A stretch of 64,000 nucleotides of DNA from assembly GCA_964016885.1 (NCBI GenBank), contig OZ024742.1, positions 241,242,001 to 241,306,000 on the forward strand. Reading direction: 5' to 3'. Shown here piece by piece: positions 63,297-64,000 of this stretch (positions are counted from its first letter, which is position 1; every line of letters begins with the position of its first letter). The notes beneath the pieces were generated by a model, which saw only the letters and a list, made by a program, of their open reading frames with translations, searched no databases and was not told the DNA's origin. The DNA is from Eledone cirrhosa. Taxonomy: Eukaryota. Position numbers and translations under genes: made by a program.

Positions 63297-64000
63297 GTTT
63301 CTTTATTAGCCACAGGAGCACAAAAGAAGGGGACAAATACAAAGGGGGAAGTTTACATACAACGTGTAAAATACTATCACAAATACAATTTAAAAGTTAA
63401 TCGATTTTCCCCAATAGGGGGAGACATTACATAATGGGTTACACATACCCCCGAAAAAAATGTGCAACCCTCATCTTCAGGAGTACGAAGAGTTTTTACC
63501 CCTTTCCTCTCCTCTTTTTCCTCAACCTACAAGCTGATATAGAGAGAAGGCCCATTCACTCGGGCCATTCTCGCCACTTTCACCCACCTTTCATAAAACT
63601 TGCTGGGGTACAGCACCTCTCTCTCCATCCTGATTCTTCTTCTAAAGTGGTATTTGAAAAAAAGAATCAGTTGTTGGACGGAGAGAAAGGTGTCTGACCT
63701 CTGCCCTTTCAACCTTGTCCACCATACAACCTCTTTCGCCATAGCTATCACACAAAGGAAGACCGCCCCTCCTTCGTTTTTGAAGGAGGGTGGCGGTTTG
63801 ATCATGATAATGGACTCGGTGGTCAACCGGATTGGAACCCCCCCCCCCCGCGACAATAGTCGTTCTACATAGCCCCACTGGTTGGTAACGCCCGGGCATT
63901 GTATGAATGCGTGCGCGACGGTTTCTTCGTCTCGCACACACCTCGGAGAGATCTTTTTTGCAGGGTCCCTGCCCGGGCGCCCATGTCTGTAGTGCTTGTC
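63297..64000 (-). mobile_element. 3' end of another Tx1-type LINE (continues beyond the window)
   Basis: ETVAHAFIQCPG...EVVWWTRLKG...RWVKVARMARVNGPSLY; conserved 3' UTR acaaagggggaagtttacat; abuts (GATA)n at 63280-63296. Confidence 0.9.

Overview
Repeat-saturated, AT-rich animal genomic DNA; the SINE families suggest an octopus/cephalopod (inference). I found no credible host protein-coding gene. The window is a nested mosaic of Penelope-like (GIY-YIG) retroelements and their hammerhead-bearing tails in (TA)n tracts, Tx1-type L1 LINEs at (GATA)n tracts, a full-length CR1-type LINE, a decayed R4/Dong-type LINE, an internally deleted Gypsy element, a Helitron fragment, tRNA-derived SINEs, MITEs and mini/microsatellites. 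The main discovery is a near-perfect non-coding 615-bp tandem array (13174-18482, ~8.6 units). Each unit folds by eye into a large type I hammerhead ribozyme with a non-canonical U3-A8 core (UUGAUAA...GAAA...GUC). A diverged ~614-bp relative at 26137-26806 keeps the helices and ends at the homologous site in a (TA)n tract. Together they suggest a family of large retrozyme-like, circular-RNA-derived mobile elements. Several other hammerheads, some with variant cores, mark unrelated mini-elements. All folds and alignments were done by eye and need computational and experimental confirmation.
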